From positions 11,487,891-11,551,890 of the forward strand of contig NC_092564.1 of assembly GCF_037975245.1 (NCBI RefSeq): a stretch of DNA of 64,000 nucleotides. The letters are read 5' to 3'. A model generated the notes under the pieces. The model made no database searches. It was not told where the DNA came from and was given only the letters and a program-made list of their open reading frames with translations. The first letter of the stretch is position 1. Every line of letters begins with the position of its first letter. Shown in pieces: positions 34,823-49,385 of the stretch. The translations under genes and the position numbers were made by a program. This DNA is from Apostichopus japonicus (lineage: Eukaryota).

Positions 34823-37800
34823 GATGTACTTTAGAGAAACTAATTCTGCGTTCGACTCGACGGGATTGTGTTTATTGCATAAGTCAATAAATTTTAGATT
34901 CGTACATGCGTCAAGGTGTGCTCGAGTCGAAAGGTCTGTTGTCAATACCTCTCTGGACTAAATTGTCAGGACCAAACTACTGTAGTAAATGTCAAGATTT
35001 ACGTAACGTTGTTATCTCGCTGATGACACCATTGTAAATCGATACGAGGTGACTTTTGGACCTCGATAAGAAACCAACAAATAAAGGAAATTTATACCAG
35101 CGTGCAATCTCCAATTCGTGACCTTTGTCACTTTTTGTGATCTTGAATCCAATTAATCAATAAATATGTATTCATCATATTTAGCGTTACACGACTTACC
35201 AAACAGAGAATTGGAGACACAAGTCTAATAATAATGACAAAATTTAGCATCTAAACCTCCTTTATTTTTACCTTAGTTTCTCAAATGGGGAGGAATAATT
35301 TCCTAACCATGTGTGGAAATATTTCACAAGTTACGTTGCGCAAATATTATTCCCCTCCTTCAGGTCTTCGTACACCCTCCCGCCCCCCCCCCCTCCACCC
35401 CTCATCCCATCTCATAATTCATAGCTACAGGCCAGTGTTAAGATCAACTCAAAAGAAGGTATTTACCTACATTACTAACAAACAAAAAACACAAAAGAAA
35501 TGGTGAACAATCCTTCAATTCACAGTATGAAGCAGAAGGTGGGTTTTTGAAGCTCAATTGTCTTCTGAATACCAAAATGCATCATGTTCATTATGTATAT
35601 ATAGAGTAACATAACCATACACTAAAATATGTTTTACACCGTGGTCGTACCAGCATATTGGATATTAAAGACAATGTGCACAGAGCACAATCATCTCACT
35701 CCTTCCCGGGATCTAATATTAAAATATTGGCGACGATGAATGAATATGTCATGTATCATTACCTAACCCCACCCCTCACCCTTCCCACCACCACTGAATC
35801 CTCCCATCCCCACCTCCACCCCTCTCTCTTCACCTCTCTCTCTCTCGCTTTCCAGAAGACAACGCATCTAATAAACAAAACAAACTTGTATACTTTAAAG
35901 GAGAGATAAGAATATAATGAGTACGGTTGTTTACACTGTGGCTAAGCGTACAAGTCAAGAAACTAAAGCTTGTTACTGTATGTATATATGCTGATGTACT
36001 ACACTCAAGGCCTTTGTTTGTACATGTCGAAAAAAAAGCAGAACAGTCAATAAACAGTATAATAAAACAACTAACCGTACGACAAGACAATTAACAGAAC
36101 AAAACAGTAATGTAACGTAACATTTATGATACAATTATATAATATTGATATACATATCTGCATCAACATCGTCACCGCCAACAATAATTTTAGTCATCAA
36201 TGAGTATTCCAGAGATTTCTCACATCTTCAAAAAACCGGAATGGCTCTAAAAACGTAACGAGCACTCATTTTCTTGTTCGTTTTTGTCCCTGGACTTTAG
36301 CACATCGAGACTACAATTCTGAATTAAGCCCCTCTGAGTGGAACGAAGCAAATAAATAATTAATGTCTGAAATAACTATAGTGGCATTACTAGAACCATT
36401 TAATTTTTAACTAAAACAAATTAAATTTGCTCAGTTTGAAAGAAACAATTTTCGAGCTGTATTTTCACATTGTCGAATGGTATACACAGTGTATATGTTC
36501 AAATGATAATTTCTTTGAACAATATTAGTCATTTTGCAGTTCTTATTGCGCAAACGTATCTAGGATGGGGAAAGTTTTCTGTTAAATTTATCATTTTCGG
36601 CATTCATTCATTTGACTGACTTCATATAGTGTTGCTAATATACGTGACTTAATGATTAACTAGGGTTCATAAATTGACGAGACTTATAAACCTCCATTCG
36701 TAACGGTATTGCTGAATAGTAAGTTCTTCTCGTTATGGTTTCACGTATAGGACTTACTTCATATGACAGCCAAAGCAGAGTTTCCCCCGTTCTTCAAGAT
36801 CATTCTGCCCTCGTTGCCACGTAACATTAAAAACAATGATAATAAGACCTACAACAAATATGTCTTGAAGAAGACCAGCCTTCTCTTGTCCAGGCTCAAG
36901 CAATCTTCTCCCCGATAAGAAGATAACACGGTTAGTAATCGCATATCATGCTACAGGACAGGATAATACTACCTCTATCACAAACTGAGATATGACTTCG
37001 AATATAAGTTGATCATTATTTAGGATTAAAAGTTCTTATTTATGATTTAATTGAAACGTCTTGGTGACCTCAAAGGTCATATTCCTAAAGGAAAGATGTT
37101 CTTTTAATGTTTATTATCCATTTTATCCAGTTAATAAGCGCCAATTTTCAAGGAGTCTTATGCTAATTGTAAGCGTTATACAGGCGTCTGGTATTAATGG
37201 GGCTCGCAGTGCTAAATATCCTGTCATCAACTCAAGCAATTAGAGATACTAAATTGGTATGCTGCTTTAATTAGCAATGTCGCAACAAATGTTTTAAGTG
37301 CAGAGAAAACTCCCTGCTCTTCCAAGAAAGGGCAACAGGTTCCATTATATAGACCTACCACATTTTCATATGGCGGAGATACCTAGCCTATAGCAAACTT
37401 TTGCAAAAGAATCGGGTGTGAAGTTGTTTTTTAATTATTGTAACATGAAATGTTATTCATTAGTATGTTTATGTTTAATTTTTTTAGGAAACAGTGGAAT
37501 GTCCGGAAGTCTATAATTTAATGGTTTTCTTTCTTTTCTGACACGGTTACATAAAGAATTGCATAGAAAGTTACCCCCCCCCCCCCACCGGGCCCTTTCG
37601 CCTTCTTTCAGTCTCTCTATCTGTATCCTCAATTTCTCGCTTTCCAATCTGATTTGCAATATCCCATGAGAACGATGAAGGTTGTTGTGGACCCTTTGCG
37701 TTCCACATTGTGGAACGCCAAAAGGTCACATGGTACGTTATCGTGTACCTGTTTATTACCATCTTGTGTAAGCACGAACATGTTACACAAAGTGAAAACA

Positions 37801-39026
37801 TACGCACGATTCACATGCAGTCCTTAGCCTATACTTTTTTTATCGTTGTTTTTTCTTCTGCACCGATATTTCTGTGTAGACATTTCAAGAGTAGCTCCGA
37901 TACTCGTCTCCCGGGTTCCATCTCTCGAAAAATCCTGGAATCCGCCACATGTATATAAAGCATGTTTGTCAGAATGTTCTGTTGTAAGACCCGACACAAG
38001 TATAGTTTACAATTTGAGCTGAGAAATGGTAACCAAATTTACCTATATATAGGGTTGGCTTGCACATATGAAAGTCAACACCAGGTATATTAAGCACATT
38101 TGCAGAGATGGTAATGCACTTATTAAGTTGTTAGGATGTCTTTAGTTTTGATTACATGGTCGCTTCAAGGAATTAATACAGCTGTTAACATGTAATTTAG
38201 TTAAAATTAGTGAGCCTATTCATTGAGCATTACAACGGATTGAGTCACGAAGTATTGTTTGTATAGAGGGAGCTAGTCTTCAACTCAAATTCGATTTTAC
38301 ATTTATTTCTAAGAGGTTTCTAGGCAAAATATCTATAATTTTATTTAAATAGTACGCGTGGCTCATTAATTTGTTTCACAACGTTTCGGGAGATTTGTGT
38401 GATAAACTTGTACCGTACGTATTTAGTTTCCCAAAAGGGAAAACTATTGAGTCACTCTTACCAACCTTGCAAATTGTGAGGGGGAACGAGGATTGCAAAA
38501 GTCGGCAATGACTATAACCCAGATTGCAAAGTCGGTTAGTACTATTACGGTTAGGTTCGTCCAACACGGTAGGATACAGTTGTAATGTAAGCCGAAGCCA
38601 AAGTGAATTAATCAGGTCACACATCAGGAGTCTATGCATGCTAAGTTCTTTACTACCGCCCTCACAACCTTTCGGGGAAACATTCTATATAAAATAGTTT
38701 TGACTATGGACTCGTTCGTGTTCTTTAGAATTTGTTCGTTATCAGTAAAGCCCATGAAATTACGAGGTTTTATAGGTTGTAATTGTTATAATCAGGGTTG
38801 TGAAATTATACATTTGAACAAACGTAAACAGGGTTGAGCCCGAGCCAATGCTAAAAACAAATGAAATATGCGGCGAATTTCACATGTGGGTTTATACACT
38901 TGAGACAATCGTCAATAGTGCAACGTTATCAAACATAGGCTATATATTGCTCGTGCGATGGACGGTGTTAAGAAAATGAATGTTAACTAATTTTATCATT
39001 TTGTCTGTACTTACAGGGCCGATCCA

Positions 39027-39245
39027 AGATTTCCCCATTTATGGGCGTATGGGGATCTCCCCAGATGTTCTTCTTTTAGATGTGCAGTGGTGTATTCTGA
39101 GGCATATTCTATAAATTAGGTCTATAATTAGGTCTACACGCAAGGTCTTCAGCTTATAACCACATGTAATATTTTATGTGGGCTGGGATGGGGAGCCAGG
39201 GGGAGGGGGGCGGTATATACACTGACCCATTGGATCCGCGCCTGC
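39027..39245. mobile_element. Short MITE (~220 bp) of the GGATCC-TIR family
   Basis: 5' CAGGGCCGATCCAAGATTTCCCC ... 3' GGGAGGGGGGCGG...CCCATTGGATCCGCGCCTG. The ends are inverted relative to each other. Confidence 0.5.
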
Positions 39246-42200
39246 TTAAGAGTTCTGCTTATTCGGTTAATTATTGAATCAGTAAAATATACATGAGCTC
39301 AAAAACTCACGTCGCATTTACCCCGCCCCAAACAGTCCCTGGTTTATTTGCTGTCTCTTCATTTGACGACTTATCATTCACGATAAAGGGGAAGGGTGGG
39401 GGGGGGGGGGGGTTGTGGATCACCCAAGTCACACATGACACGAAATCCAAGAGATTTGATCCACTCTCAACGCTAGTCCAGGACGTACATCGAGACTGTA
39501 ATTGGATGATCATGTGTGGAGGTATTTCCCCGCTAAATTAATTTACATTAATAATGTAAAGAATCACGTGGTTCAATAAAGGTTTGCCTTTAGTCAACAC
39601 AGTCTTATATAGTTTCGTATAATGTCAGAATTTTAATATATGTCGCACAGTCATAAAAGTTCACACATTTGGTCAAATGTTTTGAAAAGTCACAGCAGCG
39701 CTGCAAAAACTCAACATATGCAGAGGCAAAAACAAACACACCGTAGTATATAAGCTTAACACGATTGAAAAAAAAAACGAATTCTGTACTAAGGCTTGTA
39801 AATTGGTCGATGATAGTTCTTTGCAATCGTTTTAAGTTATTTTACAACACCTTTATCTCTTTTTTCTTTTTATTCATTAATTTCTATATATTAATTTTTA
39901 TTTTCATCTGTTCTATTATGTTAGACTCACTTTGTGCGTGAATTTTGATAGTTTCCATACTTTGTATAGTAAATATCTCAACAATCCACCTCATTAGCTT
40001 AACTAAATCAGGATTTCTCTCAAATAGTGAGGAAGCAGTTCCAAATGTAGGTATTCTTTTATAATTCCTTTTAAACTGTGACAAATAGGCTACTTATCTG
40101 AAAAGAAATTTAGTATAGAGACTATAAATTTCCCAAATGGTATACCTTATACGTAAGTAACGTTTAGGTGAACTGATTTTTGGTGGGAGGCTGTCTTGGT
40201 ATTTTTAATCTAGTATTTAATTTGGGCTAGAATCGTTAGTAAAATTTATTTCTTTCCCCAGCCGGCACAAAAACCTACTTCAAATCTTAAATGTCAATAT
40301 AAACTATCAAAAACACAACACCTACATACAAAGAAGGTGGCAGTAAAAATTGTTTGTTTGGGCCACACTACCTTAGTGAAATACTGTATGTTATTATCGT
40401 GAACAAAACAACAATTATAACGATCTGTACGATTTTACGAAAGTTACAAAAGGATGATATCATTAGGTGTAATTGTGCAAGTATAGTTGTACTCTGATAC
40501 TCGGGATAAAATAAAATGCCATATCCTGCACTAGTATAGCATAAACAAGAGGCCTTTGCCAAAACGGCTACCAAAAACGAACGGGAATATTGGAATATTA
40601 CGCTATGTAATGTCTCGGCGATATATTTTCTTCATCAGCATAGCCTAAATAACAGAAAAGTCACATTTAACGAAAAAATAGCTTAAAGAAAACTTTGCCT
40701 AAGGCAGACATTGTATTATTTGTTATTACTGATGTAATTACTCATAGACGGCAACATTAAAAATATTAACAATTAATTTTCTTTTTGTAGATACGGTATA
40801 TAGCCATATGATATATACAACATAATTAATTGTGTAATTAATTTAGCTTCATATGTAGTAAAGACAAAGCTACAACTCCCTCATTTTTCCTGAGGCAGTT
40901 TCGTACTTTAAACTGCTTCTTTCATTATAAAAGTATCACGCCATCATTTTCAAGATCTTGAAATGATAGTGCGCTGCTGCTACCACGGCAACGAACGGCT
41001 AGTAAAATTCATAGATGAACAGTTTTTCTGTAGTTCCCTCCGTTTATATGCAAATTAAGTTCACATCCGTCTTTGTTCCTTTGCTGGTCATTTGGTACCC
41101 CGGTGTTTATGGTTGTTATATTGTCAAAACGTAAAAGCATATTATTTCTGTCTTGATGGGATGAGAACCTTTTATTTACGCGATTTTGTAAGCAGTTGTT
41201 GTCTTCACCACACGGTAGCTCAGGGAACCTGAAATAGCAACAGAAATAAATATTGATATAGCTAAACGACTTTGCATTCAGTTACGTAAACACTAGCCCA
41301 ATTTAGGTACAAATACTGCAAAGTGCGTTCACGAAAAACATATTGAAACACAATTTATATACCAATTAAGACTCATGAACAAAAGGAAACTTCAATATAG
41401 GATATAATAACAATGGTACTTCAGATTCATCAACCGTCAACTTAAAAATAAAGTGTAACTGTTGACTCTAACCGTGCTGAGAGTAAACTGTGTTTGATCA
41501 TATAGTCATCAAACCATGTAAAGAAACTTGACTTGAAGACCGCCAGGAAATTTCTTAAATGATCGTATAGGAACAATATATCTACGAACCTATTACACAG
41601 CGGGATTATGTATGAAACACTTCAAAGAATTAACATTAACTCATGATATGCAAGGGTCTTGTGTAACAAACGCAGTGCTATGCATTCAGATAGTGGGTGT
41701 TAATTCGTATATCTAGTGCATTTGTTGGAATATGAAACTCTGGGTAGCGGACTAATTATAATTTGCTCTGAGAGATTTGCGGACATTCCTGTTGCTTCGG
41801 AGCGCAGGTGGACAATAGGACGGTTCGCACGCGGATCTTCTGCTGCCTGTTAATAAAAACTCACAACAACCCAAATAATGCGGCCCGCCTTCTTTTTTCT
41901 TGATCTAAACGTGATTCAATTTATCCTATGAAATTTTTAAATGTGGAATTGCAACATGTACATGAACTCGCCGCCATAACGATAAGATTGAACAAAAAGT
42001 ATAGTGTTTTCCATTAATGTCACAAAAAAAAAAGATTTAAAGGTTGACTTTAAGCAGAATTTTGTTGCTATGCCAAATTGCAACAAATATCAAAAAATCA
42101 ATCAACGAACCGATAAACAAATCAATCAATAAATGAAACAATGGACATTTGAGTGTTATCTTGTTTGTACCTATACTCAGATACTTGATATATTCATGTT

Positions 42201-43648
42201 TAAGACAATGCTAAACGTCTGGGATGCTCCTTTAAGTCTTAATCAATGATGACTTCGGCTCTTCAGTCCTGTTATAAAATTTTAATGTTAATCCTTTTGT
42301 TTTAACTCAACCAATGTTCCTTTAATTTCATACCGCAACATCGCAATTACATATATGATATCTAATACAAATCATTTGAGTTTCTAATAGAATGCAAACA
42401 TGTTATTTCGAGGAATTTAGATATTTGTTAAGTATATTGCGTTTTATATTGCCGACGAGGACCATGACCAAAAGTGCGCTACTGCCCAGCTACTTTGGTT
42501 GATCGGCCACTGATGTTTCAAGTGCCCGAAAGTCTAAAAGTCTATGGTATAAAAGTAAAAGCTGGGCTTAAATTCCCAGAAAAGCGTTCAACAGGTAAAC
42601 TGTGTGTAGGCCTACCACACTTTCATAGCAGAAACACTGAACCTATCTTACGTTGCATTGACGGACGGATCTGATGTTCACCGTTGAGAAATAATTATGA
42701 GCTTATTGCTATAGATACTTAATAGAGTTCACAGACCATTGATGTGGACATTTGATCGAATCTGATAAGACATTAATAAAATATAGTGCTGATATCGAGC
42801 TCCAAGAATTGAAAAAGAAGAATATTAGAGATTATTCTTCATTTGTTGGCCTAAAGACTGGTTTTGACCAAGGAGAGGGCTGCTGTGACGTGTACCGACA
42901 GTTAGTAGCAAATCCAGTTTGCAGAAAATTCGATACTTTTATGGATGATAAATTGTTCTCTACTTTTAATTTGAAAACACAATGTTAATATCGTCCTCCC
43001 AACTGACACTACATATGGATGTTTGCATACGAACCTCTTTTTTACACCTGAAAACCCCATTACTACGTATAAGGTACAACATGATAGGTGGTATGTGACT
43101 TCATCACGCTTAATGTTCTTCGAAAGATTTACTTTCCTTTTATAGTAATATTGCTATTAAATGTATTTATACATAGAAATGTGATACATTGGGACTGTTT
43201 GCACGGTTGCCAAGGATTTCTTTTTTAAATTTAGAAATTCATTGTAAGAAATTTTATAATTCCATATGCCTTTTGTTATCGTCATTAAGTTTTTGAACAG
43301 TTAAACGAAATAACTTGTCAGTTCCATTGCCACGACTAGGACATCACTGACTCTACTGTTGCCAGATGCATTAATCTGTAGTATGTTTTTCTTTGTATAT
43401 TACCACACTACAGAATGATATATCAATGTAGTAGGACCTAAACAATGATGACGAACATTCCTAGCAATTCCTGTAAACAGTCTGTTATATCAGCTTTCAC
43501 CGCTGAAATATCCCATTAATATTTATCCCAAGTCTAGTTTCCGACAAGAGATAAAATGGCAACTAACCACCCTTATGTGCTTATCCTACTAATCTTAATT
43601 AGGTTATACTGTTTCTATACTTACATTCGTAAAAGGTTCGGTTTTTCA

Positions 43649-43840
43649 CTAATCCGTGGTATCGGTTCGCGTCAGTCCGGTATACAAAATGTAAGCAAAA
43701 ATTAAACCGATTAATAGGAAACAAAGCGACACAATCAGACTGGTCCCTACATTGGGTTTATTTTCTAGGTAATTAGTCGATTTGCTCTTATCGATATTAC
43801 CACTTTGTGAGTGAGATGGGTTCATTTTCAACTTCGCCAT
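43649..43840 (-). CDS. Small TM-anchor ORF, family member F1 (63 aa, complete ORF)
   Basis: MAKLKMNPSHSQSGNIDKSKSTNYLENKPNVGTSLIVSLCFLLIGLIFAYILYTGLTRTDTTD*. Polar tail, a roughly 19-20-residue hydrophobic helix, then the ILYTGLT motif shared with the other family members. No homology assignment possible. Confidence 0.3.
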   Translation of the reverse strand: MAKLKMNPSHSQSGNIDKSKSTNYLENKPNVGTSLIVSLCFLLIGLIFAYILYTGLTRTDTTD

Positions 43841-44836
43841 GTTCCTTTTTGTCCACCTATATATTATTTTCTCGCCCAAGTTGTGTTGTTCGTTAAACTA
43901 TAAGAGACAGTCTCATGTATTACATGTAAATGGATAAGTATACGGGGTAACATGTTGAACACGCTAAACCTATTATCTAGTTTGGCGTTCATCTTAATTG
44001 ATTGTTAGTAATTTAAGGCGTGTTTAACTTGAGTAGATCATCAACTAGATTCGTGTTTGTCTAAAGACTTTTATATGGTCTGCTCAAGAAGCGACGAATT
44101 TGTTTGAACGAGTCTATTTCGATAAATTAAGGAAGTATAATACAGGTTATTTCTTTCAAAAGTAAAAACAACATATCAGTATTCATTAATCTTCATATGG
44201 TGGAAATTCGTAGAGTCTGTTCTACGCTTATTCCAGCAATCGCAAACCGTCTATTTTCAGAATAACATTCGCTATAGGTTTGGGTCAATCTGTCAGTCAA
44301 TTCACCAAAGTTGGTCTAAATAAAGTATTTGTAGTTATATATAGCTAACATGATGATTTTAGTGCTGATTTGTACAAGCAAAAATTTTCAACAAAAGGTT
44401 TTGCATATAAGATTTTGAATTCGAGAATACGAAAATAATATTTCCGAGAAGATATATGATAAAAAATATGGACGTAGTACAAACCTTGACCGAAAATTAC
44501 GATCTACCAAAGTTTAACACTTAAACCGTCAATGTTTACATAAAATATGCAAACCCACAACAACGTAGCGAAATGTAAAGTTTTATGTTAGTTCCCACAA
44601 CCACCCTTCTACTCGATTGCAAATGATTTTCTTGCGTGCACATGTCAAATAAATCATATAGTCTCTTTGCCGGGGATTTCAGCCATTCGCCCTATCTTGC
44701 AATCTTAGAAATGTTATTTACAGTCGTGGCCTCCGATATCTTGCTTGAAATAAATTACTTAAAGGCTACTTGTTAAATTTTGTTTTACTTACTTTTTCGG
44801 TTAGAATTTTCTTTATATGTTTTCCAGCTCGTCCCG

Positions 44837-45022
44837 TTACCACGTGTCCGTTAAACCAACGTAAAGAATCCACACTATGAACCCAAGTATAACCAACAGA
44901 CATATCAGAGTAAGGGAGCTGGCAGGTAAATTACAAGAATTGTCAAGTTTATATCCGTGACTTCCATTGTTTGACTTTTTCCCACTTTCAGCTCCTGTAA
45001 ATGCGGTCTCTAATTTCGCCAT
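44837..45022 (-). CDS. Small TM-anchor ORF, family member F2 (61 aa)
   Basis: MAKLETAFTGAESGKKSNNGSHGYKLDNSCNLPASSLTLICLLVILGFIVWILYVGLTDTW*. Paralogous to F1: shared MAKL start, TM helix and ILYxGLT(D/R)T. A GTAACG donor overlaps the stop codon. Confidence 0.3.
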   Translation of the reverse strand: MAKLETAFTGAESGKKSNNGSHGYKLDNSCNLPASSLTLICLLVILGFIVWILYVGLTDTW

Positions 45023-47149
45023 TTTTAGATTTATTAGCGTACGTCGGTTTCTGATATTTTTGTGGTTCCGTTAAAGTAGTCGAATACTGTGATCGAAATG
45101 AATTAAAATCAGTGACTGATTTATAAATTGCTGAAGTAATGCCTTTAAACCGTCAAAAATAACACCTTTCTTTTTATCAGGTCGCAAGCTCATCAAGTCA
45201 ATATTTTTACTAGGGGAGAGGTTGCCTCATTTTTACATCAACTCTTCGGATCGAACTCCACTCTACCAAATCAATCGCCTTTATTTATACTTGGGATTAG
45301 GATTAAAGGATAAACACTGTAATCTAGTTCCTTACTTGTGAATGTTCGATAAATGAATAAAATTCACCGGACAAACAGTTATGCCCATCGGCGTACGGGG
45401 CGAGAGGTTTGGAAGATCACCCCCCCCCCCCCCCAAATAAAAGTAAGTGTCGAATTCAGGCCATTTGCTCTCTACTTTTCGGGGCAAATTTAACCAAAAA
45501 TTCAGGTCATGATGTTTGCCAATCAGGGAAAAGTTTCAGGGCGCTCACCTTCCGCCCCCCCCCCCCCGCTCCCTGTATAATTGAATAAGAGGAAGAGGAG
45601 CAGGCAGAAGAGTAGAAGAATTAGGAGTAGGAGGAGGAGAGAGAGAGGGGGAGGGGACGAGGGAGGGGGAGGCGGATGTTGGTCGGTAAAGGAGGGGACG
45701 AGTCAACGAGAAGACACTTTATACAGATCACATGTTAAAGATCAACTTAATTGCCAGTAGAAAGAAAGAGTGATATCGGTCAAATATATATTTATTACAC
45801 TCTCAACATTTGATCAGCTCGACAAAATAGTACCTTACTATAAACCGTTAATAATTATAGGCTACAACGTCCATAAGTTTCCATATCTTTCCTCTGTAGG
45901 AGGGCCTTCATTTCCGGGCACATTTGCTTTCAAACATAACAGGTATGGCCTTATGCCGATTTCGTTGGCGCTGCACCAGTATCTAATCACTACCTCAATA
46001 TCATATCTTCATTTTCCATATAGTCTTATATAAAATATACGCGAATGTTTATCCCTCTCTCCAAATCATAATGTATGAGGGGGGGGGGGGGGCTACATAG
46101 ATCCCTAACCCATGTATATTCGCGGTGTTACCCCATGCACGTCTAAAACCGGCCTCAGTATTGTTCTTGATTCCTCTTAAAATATGTAATATTAAGTACA
46201 ACAGGATAACAGGATTCATTTGCCCTGTCCTCCCTCAATCGCTACTTTACATGTTAAACCGAAGAAGGACTGCGTTAATGATAGGAATTATTAATGGTGA
46301 CATTTTAATGAAACTTGAATGAAACGGAAATATTTTCATCATGTAATCGAATTCAAATTTGATGTGTTTCTTTTTCTTTTCGATGAAGGAATCGACTGAG
46401 AATTACTGCAAAATATTACATTTATTGAAGAATAAAATATAGTTAAACAAACACAGTTAAACATGTAGATTGTTAAAGAAAATTCAGAAACTATTATTTT
46501 AGCATACAAAGATCATGAATCGCCACGTATATGTCGTAGGCAACACTCATCAAGGGATATATACCCTCCGGGTTGACGTCATTAAGCGAACGTCTCTATA
46601 TAAGTAAAACAAATAATCTTTATTCTGCAATACAGAGACATTTAAAAGTTTATTGCGTAATTTGTTCGTTTCGTGGAATTTTGGAGAAAGTGAAATTGAA
46701 ATCCCCCGCAATTGTATCAACCGAGTCTTGCTTAACTCAAATGGACTCTATCTTCATTGATCAGTACCTTCATAGCTTCTTCTCAATGATTAGGAGTCCC
46801 ATTCAGGTTCTTGAATTTCATTCAGTAAAACACGTGTGAAGTGACCAGATTCACATCTCATTAAAGGTCTATAAAAATGGCAGTTTTCATCGCTTCGCGA
46901 ATCTTGGAGAATGTCTGAAAAAATCCAACGGTATCATTCGTCGTCTTCAGGAATCTATGGCGTAAAGGAATAACAAAAACAAAATGACATATACTTATCA
47001 TTGTCACATTATTGTGGTATGTGAAACACATTTGGTTCAAAAAGGTTATGCCACGGGTTATAAAATACCATGGTCTGTTTTAAAAAAAAAATTGAAATAG
47101 TGACAATATTAACATGCAATCACATGAAACTCACTGATCTATAGAGCAA

Positions 47150-47790
47150 CCGATGATGTAACACAGGTGAAGGGCAGACATGTGATACATTACTACATAA
47201 CACAACCTCTAATGGTACTCCATGGAGCTGCAGCAACCATACATGGTAACTCTATCGTCCAACAACTCCCCATAGTGATTAAATCCATGTTGCTGCAACA
47301 TTAATGGTTTCACTATGATTATTGCAGCCGTCCATCATATGGTAACATAATGGTGTTAAAACATTCGATAGTAGTTTCTTAAAACCACCATGGTACCTCC
47401 ATGGTGATGTTACCCTACCTAAAGTAACTCCATGGAGCTGCATTCTTAAATGGTGACGTCACGGCGTTGAAGCCGTCCTTAGAAACCCTACGATGCTACA
47501 ACCCTCCATGGTAACTCGATGGTGGTAAAACCACCCATGGATACGCCATTATGCAGCATTCCTCCATGATAACTTCATATAACTAGAACCCCTCCACCTT
47601 TCATGGTGCTACCACCCTCCATGCCAACTGCATGGTACTACAACCCTCCATGGTAACGTCATGGTACTACAACCTCCCATGGACTCTCCATGCTGCTGAC
47701 ACTCTCCATGGTTATGCCATGCATGGTGCAACAGCCGTCTACGGCACCCTCCGCATTGTGCTACAACCCGCCATGCTAACTCAGATGTGG
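47150..47790. repeat. Degenerate satellite array (~35-40-bp unit containing CCATGG / CTCCATGGTAAC)
   Basis: Recurring ccctccatggtaac(t/g)catggt(g/a)ctacaa variants, at least 16 times. Confidence 0.75.
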
Positions 47791-48999
47791 TAAACAGCTA
47801 CAAGCCTTTATGCATGTCCAATCCACCTGAACAGTTCCAAAGACACCTTTCGTGCTTGTTACTTTAATGAGAGATTTTAAAATTTTGTAACTAGTTTCTT
47901 TGGAAATTAATTATACACCCGTAGATTACAGGGCTCTTTAATCATACACCAAATATAATGACAGAAAGGAAATAAACACGACAGAAATATAAACAGGCTT
48001 AGCGAATGTAAACAAAGCTCCCATGTTATCTTAGGTAACAATCCCTTTAACGATAACACTATACAACTGCATCCCACACGATTACTGACGTAAGCTTGTC
48101 GTTGGTAAATGCTTCACCGCATGACCTCTGCCTTGATAACCTCATACTAACACATTCAGCGTTTACTTTGAAGCATTTTAATAGACAATTAACTTGTAAT
48201 AGAAAGTAAACCACTTGGTCTCAATTGCACATATGCAGAAAGATCTAGGAAGCACGTACAGGCTACAAAGTCAATGGTAATTTTGTTGAAGCGATGTTAT
48301 GCTAAAAATATATCTATTTTCCCTTTTTCTCCTCAAACTCTAATGTTATATCTCTCCTCCCGCCCCCCCCCCCCCCCATTCTATCTCTTGGATATGTTAT
48401 GTGTATTCCAGTAATTGTTCCTCCTTTATGATTTATAGAATATTCTAATATTGTAGAATTATAATATTTATGAAGGACGTACAGAATGATGAAAGTAATA
48501 AAACAAAAAACAACAATGAAACGATTTGCACTGAATATTCTTTCGAAACACATCATTATATATGATCAAACAAATATAACATTAAATGGTCGGCGTGGGC
48601 CGGTGATGGTTGAGCAGGAAGTGGGGATATGATATTTAGATGTTTAGATAATATGTTATGTCGAACTGGGGAGGGGGGGGGGGTGTCTAAGGGGAGCTTT
48701 AGATGCAAAATGTTGTTTTATTTTTGCAACGTTTGAACCAAGTTGAATGATTTTCAAATACTAAGGTTTGTACTGTATATAAAGTCATATGTATTTATGT
48801 ACTGTACACTATGGATGTCTGTAATATTCGTCTGTCAGTGAGGGGGTGGGGTGATTACGTCCCCTCCCTCCGATGTACACCATGGTTAAGTCCATGGTTA
48901 TAAGGGTCTGAGAGACCTGTATCCATTATGCAGCAATAGAAATGAAAGTCCAAACTTTTATCGCAAAGTTGAGTTTGGAATTTGTATCATGTACTACAA

Positions 49000-49385
49000 C
49001 ATGTCTGCTTGCAACAGAACCGACGTAACGTCCGGTCGGAGGACTATCTTTAACAATCGTGCTTGCAACTGAAACGACCGACTGTTTTCAACATTCTTGC
49101 TGATAGCCAACAGAATCGACCGTGTTTAATAGATCTCCTTGAATATGACTTATGGGCCAACTGAACTACGGTCCTTTACCATTCGATCCTATAACCCTAC
49201 CGACCGACCGTCTTTAACATTCCTGTACATGACCCAGGAAACCGATGGTCCTTAACATTCCTGCTTATTATCCAGCCGACAGATCGTTTTTAATATTCCT
49301 GCTTGCTAATACTATTAGTCAACTGTCCACCTCTTTAACATTCCTGCTGATAACCCAGCCAACCGACTCGTCACAGTTAATATCC
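49000..49385. repeat. Degenerate satellite array (~45-bp unit ...ccgaccg(t)ctttaacattcctgct...)
   Basis: Unit recurs ~8 times with 70-85% identity. Confidence 0.75.

Noticed and set aside
34331-34945. 204-aa minus-strand ORF as listed
   Set aside because: Only the 34822-34612 part is the real exon. The rest of the listed ORF runs through the AT-rich microsatellite in the intron (YIYIYI... translation). The listed start is a non-ATG alternative start upstream of the first ATG.
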